A DNA stretch of 63,892 nucleotides, counting the filler, from Octopus bimaculoides (lineage: Eukaryota): the NCBI RefSeq assembly GCF_001194135.2. It is 8 parts of 8 records of this genome, joined end to end, with 100 filler letters (N's around TTAATTAATTAA, not from the genome) between each part and the next. Parts side by side here need not be neighbours in the genome. Positions count along the whole stretch, not along the records: positions 22,422 to 24,747 come from NC_069008.1; positions 24,848 to 34,484 come from NC_068987.1; 6 more parts are not named here. The stretch is one strand, 5' to 3'. Positions 22,891-33,309 of the stretch are shown here, piece after piece (the first letter of the stretch is position 1; each line of letters opens with the position of its first letter). The notes under the pieces are model-generated. The model searched no databases and was not told the origin of the DNA. It saw only the letters and a program-made list of their open reading frames with translations. The position numbers were made by a program, and so were the translations under genes.

Positions 22891-23145
22891 CACACACACA
22901 TACACATCCATTACAGTTGATCGTACCTAATGGCTTTGCTCTTGGTATTCAACCAGATGTTAGATAGCTGCATGGTTAAGTAATAGCATGTGCTCATCAG
23001 AGCAAAACCAGCTGGTAAGAATGACTGTAAATGGATATATAATACAGTACACTTTAAGTAATATACCAACACTATTGATAAATATATAAGTACATTTTTT
23101 TTTTTTGACTTATGGATTCTTAGACAACATATTTATATATGTAAT

Positions 23146-23396
23146 TAAATAGATCATGAATGGAAGGCAGACAAGCAAATCATTTGATGTTACCCAAGGA
23201 TATTTACCTCATAATGAAGAGTACAAATAAAGCATAGAACAGTTATGGTCGATAAGTAAGAGGCTTTGCTTACTTACTTATCGACCATAACTGTTCTATG
23301 CATCGTTTATACTTTATTTGTACTCTTTTATGAAGTAAATATCCTTTAGTAACACCAAATGCATTGCTTGTCTATCTTTCAGTTTTTATCTATTTA
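23146..23396. repeat. Long imperfect foldback (~250 bp) with a 29-bp perfect inner stem
   Basis: GCATAGAACAGTTATGGTCGATAAGTAAG (23232-23260) is the exact reverse complement of 23273-23301. Outer arms pair with a 10-nt bulge out to ~23146/23396. Confidence 0.9.
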
Positions 23397-23576
23397 TACC
23401 TGCTGAATCAGATACTGCTTCTAGCCACAATGACTAGGCTATTTCAACTCCTCATTCCCATCTGCACTTAAAACCAGAGTTTTAGTGGTAAACCGATCTG
23501 AGCACTCATTCTGCATATCCATTAATAGGTGTCGATCAATATATACTCTTTGCATTTCTTATATTTCACATTTCCT

Positions 23577-24747
23577 ATCATCGTTGTTTAACATGCGCTT
23601 TCCATGCTAGCATGGGTTGGACGATTTGACTGAGGACTGGTGGACCAGGAGGCGACACCAGGCTCCAATCTGATTTGGCAGAGTTTCTATAGCTGGATGC
23701 CCTTCCTAACGCCAACCACTCTGAGAGTGTAGTGGGTGCTTTTACATGCCACCGGCACGAGGGCCAGTCAGGCGGTACTGGCAATGGCCATGCTCGAAAT
23801 GGTGTATTTCACGTGCCACCTGCACAGGAGCCAGTCAATTGGCACTGGCAACAATCTCGCTTGAATGTCTTTTCACGTGCCACTGGCACAAGTGCCAGGG
23901 AGGCGACGTTGGTAACGATCATGCTGGTGCTATTTACGTGCCACTGGCACAGAAGCCAGACAGCTGCTCTGGCAACAATTGCGCTCGGACGGTGCTCTTA
24001 GTGCTCCACTGGTACAAGCACCATCATGATTTCGCTTCCACTTACCCCAACAGGTCTTCGCAAGCCGAGTTTAGTGTTCCTACAAATTTAGCTCGATTTC
24101 AATTTCACTTGCCTTACCCTGTCTTCACAAGCGGAGTTTAGTGTCCAATGAAGGAATGTTACGCATAAGTGGGCTGGCTACATCCCTGGCAGAGGCCTTG
24201 GATTTTGGTCTAACTTGGCTTGCCGGGTCTTCTCACGCACAGCATATTTCCAAAGGTCACAGTCACAAGTCATTGCCTCGGTGAGGCCTAATGTTCGGAG
24301 GTTGTGCCTCACCACCTCATCCCAGGTTTTCCTAGGCCTGCCTCTTCCACAGGTTCCCTCAACCACTAGAGTGTGGCACTTTTTCACGCAGCTATCCTCA
24401 TCCATTCTCGCCACATGTCCATACCAGTGCAATCGTCTCTCTTGCACACCACAACTGATGCTTCTTATGTTCAACTTTTCTTTCAAGATACTTACACTCT
24501 GTCGGGTATGCACACTGACATTACTCATCCATCGGAGCATACTAGCTTCATTCCTTGCAAGCTTACGCATGTCCTCAGCAGTCACGGCCCATGTCTCACT
24601 GCCATGTAGCATGGCTGTTCATATACATGTGTCATACAGTCTGCTTTTTACTCTAAGTGAGAGGCCCTTTGTCGCCAGCAGAGGTAAGAGCTCTCTGAAC
24701 TTTGCCCAGGCTATTCTTATTTTAGCAGCTATCAACTACGTCTAGTT
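23577..24747 (-). mobile_element. RTE-clade LINE, 3' ~1.2 kb (ORF2 C-terminus + 3' UTR), cut by a gap
   Basis: KIRIAWAKFRELLPLL..RLYDTCI*TAMLHGSETWAVT..RNEASMLRWM..ERRLHWYGHVARMDEDSCVKK..GRGRPRKTWDEVVR..DLWKYAV is typical RTE ORF2. The 3' end has a short (GAT)n tail at 23577. Confidence 0.9.
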
Positions 24748-25813
24748 NNNNNNNNNNNNNNNNNNNNNNNNNNNNNNNNNNNNNNNNNNNNTTAATTAAT
24801 TAANNNNNNNNNNNNNNNNNNNNNNNNNNNNNNNNNNNNNNNNNNNNTATATATATATATAGATATATGCATATATACATACATTCATGTACATACTTAC
24901 ATATATATATATATACGTAAATATCGAACAATGAGAAGTATTTGTATTGTTCAGCACCGCTTTAGTAGATAAAGATCCATTATTTGTGTATTAAGGCTAA
25001 CATTGTTTTCATGCTGAGGAATGCCTCAACAATTACTAGGCCTATCACATGGAACATGTTCGTCTTCATTTTGGATTAAAACACGAAAACTCAATTATAT
25101 TGACTATACCACTGATCAAACAAGAATAAATAAGAAAAATTCTATTATGAAAGAAGATACAAGCCTCATCTGAACAGCTATAAAAACATCAGTAATAAAC
25201 GATTCGCCTTTCCTTGTGAATTAATTTTTGTAGAAATATATTATGTACTGCTTGTGTTCTTTCTCAAGAAAACCAAAATTCCTGTAGCAGCTATCAGCTA
25301 TCTTATTTACTCTACATATCGTTATGTTACTTATCCTACACTTTATTAGCACAGAAGAGATATGTTTTAACATGTTCAATGGGAGTGAAGTAGCATTATT
25401 TGCTAACATTACCATTCGATAGAAAGCTAAACAATAACTATCTATAACACCTTTATGTAGCACTTATATTTTCTAATTAAAATGAGGTTTTAGTCTTTGT
25501 TACTCTTGACATAAAACAAAAAAAAAAGAATACATAGTACAATAAATTTAATTTATTCATATCTCTCTTCCTACTTTCATATGGCATATCTAATTAAAAA
25601 ACAATTCATGTAACCTTCACGAGTGACCGTCAAATGAGCTTAAGGCATGAAGGTTGACCAATCAGTTTCTACGTTAATGGATAGCGTTCTAAACCCCATT
25701 TTTTCTTCAAAAATAAATATTTTTTTTTATAACAGCCAGACAAGACATAATTCGTGACGCAGCTTCATTTACTTTTAATTTTTGGAATTAAATGTGAAAC
25801 CTGAAGATAATAA

Positions 25814-26034
25814 AAGAGCAGGTAATTTAGCTGAGCAAACAACCGAATCATCAATGTCGAACGACGAAGATCCACTACCGTTATTAGAGTTAGTTTGAAG
25901 ACGGCTTTATGACTGTTACACTTTAGATATACGTAAGTACTGAACCAAATGGAAGGCATAAACCTTATATTTAACATAACGAAACATGTTCGAGTGTTAC
26001 CCTTTAGACATACTTACCTATGAGAAGAAGTCGT
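25814..26034 (+). repeat. 221-bp direct duplication, copy 1 (partner 28110-28330)
   Basis: Colinear, same length, about 90% identical by eye; spacing 2296 bp. Confidence 0.9.
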
Positions 26035-26155
26035 GCAGATTTCAAGCCAATCTCATGTCTGATCTTATATACCCCCCCCCAACACACACAGACACACACA
26101 TGCATAACTGCTTTCAAAAATTGAGTTTTTGCCTGTAAATTTGGATTTTTATCCC

Positions 26156-26228
<73 letters not shown>

Positions 26229-26374
26229 ACAATGATATGAGAGGTATTGGTATTCAGAAGACCCAAGATGGCAAGCAAGGCTATGTAACTGCTACGACAG
26301 GACCGTAGTTATACTTTCGGTTCGAAAATATTACAACTGAAGATTCTAATGCGGGCCTTGTGTGAGCATGTGTA

Positions 26375-26647
26375 TGTTAAACAAAATGAAACAAGAAAGC
26401 CAAGCCTGTGTGGAATTTATAAAACATTTATAAAGAGAAAGGTCTTACAGCTGTTTCTGCGATATTGGGGATATTCCTTCGTCAGATACGATATGAGAGA
26501 GTTAACTATTGTTTCCCTCAAATAAACTCTCTCATATCGTCTCTGATGAAGAGATATCCCTAATATCCCAGAAACAGCTTTAAGTCTTTGTTTTTTTAAA
26601 TGCCCTATAAATTCCACACGGCCTTGGCTTTGTTGTCTCATCTTATT

Positions 26648-26652
<5 letters not shown>
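26375..26652. mobile_element. Inverted pair of Penelope-like pseudo-LTR ends (foldback), each arm with an HHR motif
   Basis: 26441-26503 is the reverse complement of 26525-26587 with 9 mismatches in 63 nt; pairing extends to 26375/26652. Arms contain CTGA(C/T)GA..ATAT-stem..GAAACAGCT(G/T)TA. Confidence 0.8.
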
Positions 26653-26684
<32 letters not shown>

Positions 26685-27849
26685 ACTGCTTTAAAAATCT
26701 TTCGATTTTTGATTATTTCTATATATGACACGCTTGTGCACACTTTACAAGTACCAACTTGCCCCCGCATATACGCACTTGCCGAAGGCGCTACACAAAG
26801 AGATGTAATTTACAAGTACGGGGTTGTGAAGCAAATTACTTAACCACGCAACTATATATCCACACCTTTGTATATTCCAGGTAAGTATTCGGCTATGGTG
26901 TGTGTACAACTACATATAATTTCAATAGATCCTTAACCACTTATTTTCTCTGAAATTGCAATTAATTCATTGAAAGGGCAACAATGTATTCAGTTAAGAG
27001 TGTTTAAATCCTATTGATAAAATATAAAGCATTAATGTTCTGATAAAAATATTTGAAAAGAAAATGTATGAAATATAATTAGGTGAAACTTCAAACTTCC
27101 AATAATCAATTAAAAAATAAAAGAACTACAAGCGTTATTCACAATAGTAATGTTGCTACAAGATTTCCGTTAAAAAGAAGTGGCAAATGAAAACATTAAA
27201 AATAGTTGGTGATTTTTCTATGAAATATCACATAAATAAAATTTAAGACGAAAAATGCAAATAAGCAAAATCAAGCATACAAAAACACAAAATCTGCCAT
27301 GCTGTATCGATTTTTGTTTGTATGCAGCACAATTATTAAAACCAAAATTCTTTGACGTGTCTACGCAATAGTTTTTTTCAGAATAAATATAAAAAAGCCG
27401 GGAGATATCAGAGTTTCAAAATAGCAATATATTTTAGAATATACGAATACTTAATTACTATTCTCACACATATATCCTCTATTATGCTCTATATCAAAAT
27501 ATGTCACGAATTGTTTTCTGTTGATTGAAAATAAAGCTATTGTTTTGTCAAGGAAATTATATTCGGTACATATGCAATATATTGCTAGTCCTTAGTAGGT
27601 GCATTATAGCCTAATGGTTAATGTTGTGGAAGGATTCTGATCAGCCTACCAAGTGACTAAATGTGAACTGATGCATTCTTATAAAGTAAAGAACTGTGAG
27701 CGATTGGTAGTTCAGGTGGGTAAGCTGTTCCCTGTGAGTCGTTGATTGGGAGCGTTGAGTCTCGTGTAATAGTAATCGTATTGCGTCATGTAAGTACTTT
27801 CGTTTCCCCTGCTTCGTTAAATTCTATATCTAACATACAAAGATGTAAA

Positions 27850-28175
27850 ATGTAAGAACTTCGCTTCGCTATCAGGACATCCCGGTTCAATCCGCTGCAT
27901 GACATCTTAAGTAATTATATATTTTTTGTCTAACCACAGCTTGACCTATACTCTGTGAATGAAACTAAGTAGAGAGAAACTGTGTAGAAGCCCATCAAGT
28001 GGCTTGTACTTGTAAATCAAAAGGTACAGTCTTGTCACACATTGTGTCAAGCAAATTAGTTTAAGGGTATACGTGTCTGTGGAATACTCAGCCACTTACA
28101 CGTTAATTCAAGAGCAAGTAATTTAGCTGTGCAAACAACTGAATCATCAATGTCCAGCGACGAAGATCCACCACC
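27850..28175 (+). mobile_element. Degraded SINE with a B-type tRNA head and a different tail
   Basis: GTAAGAACTTCGCTTC..CCGGTTCAATCC..GAAACTGTGTAGAAGCCC, then TTAAGGGTATACGTGTCTGTGGAATACTCAGCCACTTACACGTTAATT. Confidence 0.55.
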
Positions 28176-28330
28176 GTTATTAGAGTTTGTTTAAAGAGGG
28201 CTTTATGACTGTTACACTTTAGATATACTTAACTAGTGAACGAAATGGAAGGCATAAACGTTATATTTAACACAATGAAACATGTTCGAGTGTTACCCTT
28301 TAGACATACTTACCAATGAGAAGAAATCGT
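28110..28330 (+). repeat. 221-bp direct duplication, copy 2
   Basis: See 25814-26034. Confidence 0.9.
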
Positions 28331-28503
28331 TATATTTATCATAATGAAACAGAATTGAGAGTTACATTTTAAAGATTATTGACCACGGAAAAAAATGAAA
28401 CACAATCGCAATATTTCGCATAACGAAACATTGCTATGAAGATCTAAAATGATATGTATCGACACAGAAATAAGAAAAAAGTATAAAACTTTACGTGGAA
28501 GTT

Positions 28504-28583
28504 TTGCGGATCCATTTAGTATCAATATATTGCGGATCCATTTAGTATAAATATATTGCTGATCCAGTTTGTATAAATATATT
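28504..28583. repeat. 26-bp tandem repeat x3
   Basis: TTGCGGATCCATTTAGTAT(C/A)AATATA with period 26 (GCGG/GCTG at 28506, 28532, 28558). Confidence 0.85.
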
Positions 28584-28803
28584 CTTTTCTACTCTAGGGA
28601 CAAGGCACGAAATTTTGAGTGAGGGGGGCAGTCGATTAGATTGACCCCCAGTGCGTAACTGGTACTTAATTTATCGACCCCGAAAGGATGAAAGGTAAAG
28701 TCGACCTCGGCGGAATTTGAAATCATAACGTAAAGACAGACGAAATACCGCTAAGGATTTCGCCCGGCGGGCTAACGATTCTGCCAGCTTGCCGCCCTAT
28801 TAA
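28584..28803 (-). mobile_element. SINE family A, full length, with probable 13-bp TSD
   Basis: Complete reverse copy. GTATAAATATATT flanks it at 28571-28583 and 28804-28816. Confidence 0.85.
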
Positions 28804-29931
28804 GTATAAATATATTTGTGAAGGAAAATGTCAAATAGTAGACGCATCGATGTTAAATGCACGCCATAACAAGCCGACGGGAGGCCTCCATGTGATGGTT
28901 TGAACTGTTCGAAATAGCAGCAAAATCTCCAATTCACTCGTTATTGTCATAAACATCACGGAAACATGGGATAAATGTAATCTAGAATTCGTTTGGAATG
29001 AGCACCACTGGAAAACACCTGCATATATATCTAATGGTTCTGGAACAACTTAGCGATAATCAACAACCTCGAAAGCAGCATGGAAGACTTTAACTCATCC
29101 GTCAATGTATTGAGAACAACCCGCACCAGTGTCGATTTAATCTCTTATCCCTGTAGAGTCGATAAATATAGATATAGACTGGAGTTCATTCAATGGAATA
29201 TTCTTATTTCAAACAAAGTTATCGCATTGTCCTAATACACGAAATATATATTAAATGATTGATCGTCGAGTCGTTAACTGTCAGTTCGTCGGAAACAATA
29301 TATGTTTTGGGGAAACAGACACAACAAATAACTTTTCTATTTATTTAAAGTCAATAAAATATGTGCGAGTGTGAGTCAAAGCATTATGCCCTTCCCTATC
29401 AAATATTAGCCTTGTACCTAGACAATGGAAAGCTAACTATGAAATTTTTTACCGAGAAAAATTACTAATGCTATCAGAAAAAAATGTTTTTTTTTTCAAA
29501 TTAGCGGGAGACTGTGCTTCAGCAGAGAACAAAATTAGTTTCATATTCAACAGTTAGTAGAAGAAAATATTCGGAAATCAATTAAAATAAGCTGTAAAAT
29601 CAATTTTTTTCTCTTTATTTTGACTTGGTGTATTATTTAAATCTAGAAATATATTAGAACTGTTTTTATATGAAGGAAAGACATGAGATACGAAAAAATA
29701 AGAACTTTGTTATTAGTGAAATTAATTCGTGTCTTGAATTATTTTATAAGATATTTAACAATTTATTTTGCCTCATCTCTTAAATATAGAACTGTATTAT
29801 CTAATCGGTACGGAGCCGACATTAGACTTCATTGGAGACATATAGAGAAACTCCATCAAAAACTAGCTCGTCTTTCAAACCATCTAACTTTCCTGTGTAG
29901 AAGCCTTAGAATTCACCCCATAATTGCCCAC

Positions 29932-30005
29932 GGGCATATAGCGTAGTGGTTAAGAGCGCGGGCTACTAACCCCAAGGTTCCGAGTTCGATTCACGGCAGC
30001 GACCT
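29932..30005 (+). other. tRNA-derived Pol III promoter head (not a functional tRNA)
   Basis: A-box TAGCGTAGTGG (29939-29949), anticodon-like loop CTACTAA, B-box GTTCGATTC (29984-29992). No acceptor stem can form. Confidence 0.75.
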
Positions 30006-30089
30006 GATTAATAATAGTAATAATAATAATAATAATATAATAATAGTAACATCGCTAGGAATGAGAACCCAGGTTCGAAATTTCCCCAA

Positions 30090-30135
30090 GACACCTGACG
30101 AAGGCTGGAGGGTATATCAGCCGAAACGTTGTGTT
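30090..30135 (+). ncRNA. Minimal type I hammerhead ribozyme (PLE type)
   Basis: Stem I GACAC/GUGUU; core CUGACGA plus one extra A; stem II GGCUG/CAGCC with a 10-nt loop; GAAA; palindromic stem III ACGU; predicted cleavage after GUU at 30130. Confidence 0.75.
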
Positions 30136-30817
30136 AACAACAAAAAAGATGAGGACAAGTATCCGTCAAATGTAAATAATGTAAATAATGTAAATATTTC
30201 CTTATCTCTTAAATATAGAACTGTATTATTTCTTTGATCGACATTCCGCGTCTGTATAATGTTGGTTGAAGCAGATCTACTGGACGGTCAACGCTACCAA
30301 ATAAAATGGGGCAGAACTCCTATTTGGTGGGTAGGTGGAGAGAGAACGGTCTCTAGATATATAGATATGCGATGAATATGAAAAGCCGTTTGAAACACAA
30401 GCTGCTGTTTGGCAAGGAATAACACTCAACAGCCATCCGACCTAAAGCCACTAGTAAAACAATGGGGAATAACATGTTGGTCATATGAGTTCAGCGAAAA
30501 AGTCATCCACTTATCAACGCTGACATTCATATGATGATGAGAGAGAAATTTCTTCGAAATCAACTTCCGGGATCATCAAGTTCTGGAAGTGTATTATTAC
30601 TGGCATTTATTGACCAAGTGATAATGGATGTTCATAACATGCCAAAGATTTCAAAGATAATATAATACATAATATTTGAGTTAGTCAGTTATAACCTAAC
30701 TATATACAATACCTCTTTTTCTGTAGAAAACTTTTAATTTATCAAGACAAAATCGGTACTAAAAAACCAAAAGATTTTGTTTATGCCAGAATAAGAATTT
30801 AGTAAAATCAGTAAAAT

Positions 30818-31014
30818 ATCCTTTCTGCTATACGCACAGAGTCTGGAACTTTAGAGCAAGGGAACAGTGCTTGACCGGTACTTATTTTATCGACCTCGAA
30901 AAGATTAAAAGCAAAGTCGCCGTCTTCGGAATTTAAATTCAGAACGTAAAGACGGAGAAAATGACGTGAAGCATTCTGGCCGGCGTCCTAACAGACTTGC
31001 CCGGACGGTGCCTT
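30818..31014 (-). mobile_element. SINE family A, degraded
   Basis: GGTACTTATTTTATCGACCTCGAAAAGATTAAAAGCAAAGTCG..TTCAGAACGTAAAGACGG. Confidence 0.7.
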
Positions 31015-31344
31015 AGTAAAATTGTGTGTGTGTGCGTGTGTGTGTGTGGGGTGTGTGTGTTTTTGTGTGTGTGTGTGTGCGTGTGTGTGTATGTGTGTGT
31101 GTATGTGCGAGTGTGTGCGTGTGTGTGTATATGTATGCATGCATATATCTATATGTGTATGTATCTCNNNNNNNNNNNNNNNNNNNNNNNNNNNNNNNNN
31201 NNNNNNNNNNNNNNNNNNNNNNNNNNNNNNNNNNNNNNNNNNNNNNNNNNNNNNNNNNNNNNNNNNNNNNNNNNNNNNNNNNNNNNNNNNNNNNNNNNNN
31301 NNNNNNNNNNNNNNNNNNNNNNNATATATATATATATATATATA

Positions 31345-32695
31345 AGGGTTAAAAATAGGTTGGTTAAAGTTTTCTGAAACATGAGTTTTAAGCATTATTT
31401 TTGACGATGATATAACTAAAGCCAGCTTTTGGGATATTACTCTTAACTTGCCTAATGATTCATATTTCCCATACCATAAACCCTCAGCTAATCTAAAATA
31501 TATTAGCTCTTTCAGAAATCATTATAAGGCTATTACATGGACTTTAGTTAGGAATATTTCACTTAGACTTTCTAGATTATCTGCTAATGTTGATATATTC
31601 AACGATAAAGCCGAATTTTATAATCCTGCTTTACCTAAAACAGGCTATAAAGGAATAATTATCTATATTAACTCTATTGACATTAATTCTACCTCCATTA
31701 ATCAGGACATGAAATCAAGTCATAACGATATTAATGATATAAATTTTAGTTCGAATAACAACACTAAATCAGGTAATGTAATTCTGCAGCGTAAGGGAGA
31801 TAACTGTTCTTTAAGAACCTTTATTCGTTATAAACGTACATCGACTTTTAAAGATAATTATCCTAATAACAAGGTATTTCCAAGGAAAACTGTTTGGTTG
31901 ATGATTCCATATGGTAAGCAGATCATATCCTGCTTCCCTTACCAGTTTCCTGAAGCTATAGATAAGAATTATCCTCAAAATTCAAGATGCTATTCCATTA
32001 TTAATTCACACATCCTTACTCTACATTTAGACATATCAATAAACGAGACAATACTGGGCTTAATAAAATTAATTTGGTCTCTAAAGGAACATAATAAACT
32101 ATTTGATTTGGAGTGGAATATTCTATCTAAATCATTTCCATACGATAAAGATAATTTTTTTCTTCGCTCTGTAACGATGAAGTGTATTTCATCCTGTTCT
32201 CAGAGAATCCTCTTGTAAACACTTTTAAAGAACACGTTTATCGATGCAAACGTTGGAAAAACATACCTATAAGTGATTTCCCATAAGAGATTTCTTCCAG
32301 TCTATAAAATTCAACCGTTAAGAGTCTTCTTACATTTCACTTACATTAAATATATCTATTTCCTTGTCTTTAATCTTTATTCCTATTCACATATCGCACT
32401 TTTAATTTTCTGCTAATTTCTTTCTTCCTCCCCCTTCTCTTTCTCTAAATTGCCTTTGACGTTATATCTATTAATTTTTTTTTAAACAACGTACCAGCGT
32501 TCCCTTCATCATATATGCAGTAATGACATTCAATTAAATTGGTCTTATTGATGCGTTTTGTTGACCTTTTTTTCCCTTGATAAGAAGATTGCATTGCTTT
32601 ACATCATTTTATTCCTTCTGGAATAATACCAATGTTTTCTTCGAAACATATATCCGAAGTAAAAAGATTTGAATAACACCTTCGTTTAACTCCAT
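31345..32695 (+). mobile_element. Penelope-like element 1: RT thumb, linker, C-terminal GIY-YIG part and 3' end, with internal deletion
   Basis: ASFWDITLNLPNDSYFPYHKPSANLKYISSFRNH..LRLSRLSANVDIFNDKAEFYNPALPKTGY; RKTVWLMIPYGK..IDKNYP; LIWSLKEHNKLFDLEWNILSKSFPY. These match Penelope RT/linker/nuclease C-terminal motifs. The GIY/YIG motifs themselves are absent. Confidence 0.85.
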
Positions 32696-32745
32696 ATATA
32701 AATATATATATNNNNNNNNNNNNNNNNNNNNNNNNNNNNNNNNNN

Positions 32746-32778
<33 letters not shown>

Positions 32779-32991
32779 GTGTCTGTGTCCCTTTCCATTT
32801 TCTTTTCCCTCTAGGATGTTATGACAGCGAAAGCTGTTTAGGAAATTCTATCTAAACCGGAACACAAGATTTTCACATTGATATTTGAATTTTTTTGCGT
32901 TTCTATAACATTATTTACTTTTATTCGTTCCCTAACTTCATGGCCATATAACAACAAGCCAGTCGACGCTAAAAATCTCTATTCAATGCAC

Positions 32992-33028
32992 CTGAAGAGA
33001 CCCAGACTGATTGGTCGAAACATATGTT
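32992..33028 (+). ncRNA. HHR-like motif (degenerate stem I) in a PLE pseudo-LTR
   Basis: CUGAAGA, stem II GACC/GGUC, GAAA, palindrome ACAUAUGU, then U. Followed by AATAAA at 33035; stem I does not pair well. Confidence 0.5.
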
Positions 33029-33309
33029 ATACCTAATAAAAGTCTAAAACGAAATCCATTTCCTACTATTAATTAATACTACTACTCTAACTGCCACTGC
33101 AGAGTCCCTGAAGTAAATCCTTCGGAAGTATACCACAACTGCGGACGACAACAGGTAGCCTAAACTGTGCTAGTGCTCTAACTCTACTCAATATTCAAAC
33201 ACACTAATTGACAAATTATTTTTTATTATTACTTTATAGATATATATACTTATTTATATATATAATAGTTATATATATATATAATACTTATTTAACTTAA
33301 ATTTATGCT

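Larger units (their letters stand above)
29771..30229 (+). mobile_element. Non-autonomous Penelope-derived, retrozyme-like unit (PLE ORF start + tRNA-like head + HHR) bounded by 30-bp direct repeats
   Basis: CC(T/T)(C/T)ATCTCTTAAATATAGAACTGTATTAT direct repeats at 29771-29800 and 30200-30229 (1 mismatch). RYGADIRLHWRHIEKLHQKLARLSNHLTFLCR resembles PLE ORF N-termini. A/B boxes at 29939/29984; HHR at 30090-30135. Confidence 0.7.

Noticed and set aside
25814-28330. LTR retroelement defined by the 221-bp repeats
   Set aside because: No TG..CA termini, PBS/PPT or TSD, and the interior is a patchwork of unrelated repeats.
29932-30005. tRNA-Ser(ACT) gene
   Set aside because: No acceptor stem, a mismatched T and anticodon stem, an atypical anticodon, and embedded in a repeat unit. 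Treated as a tRNA-derived promoter head.
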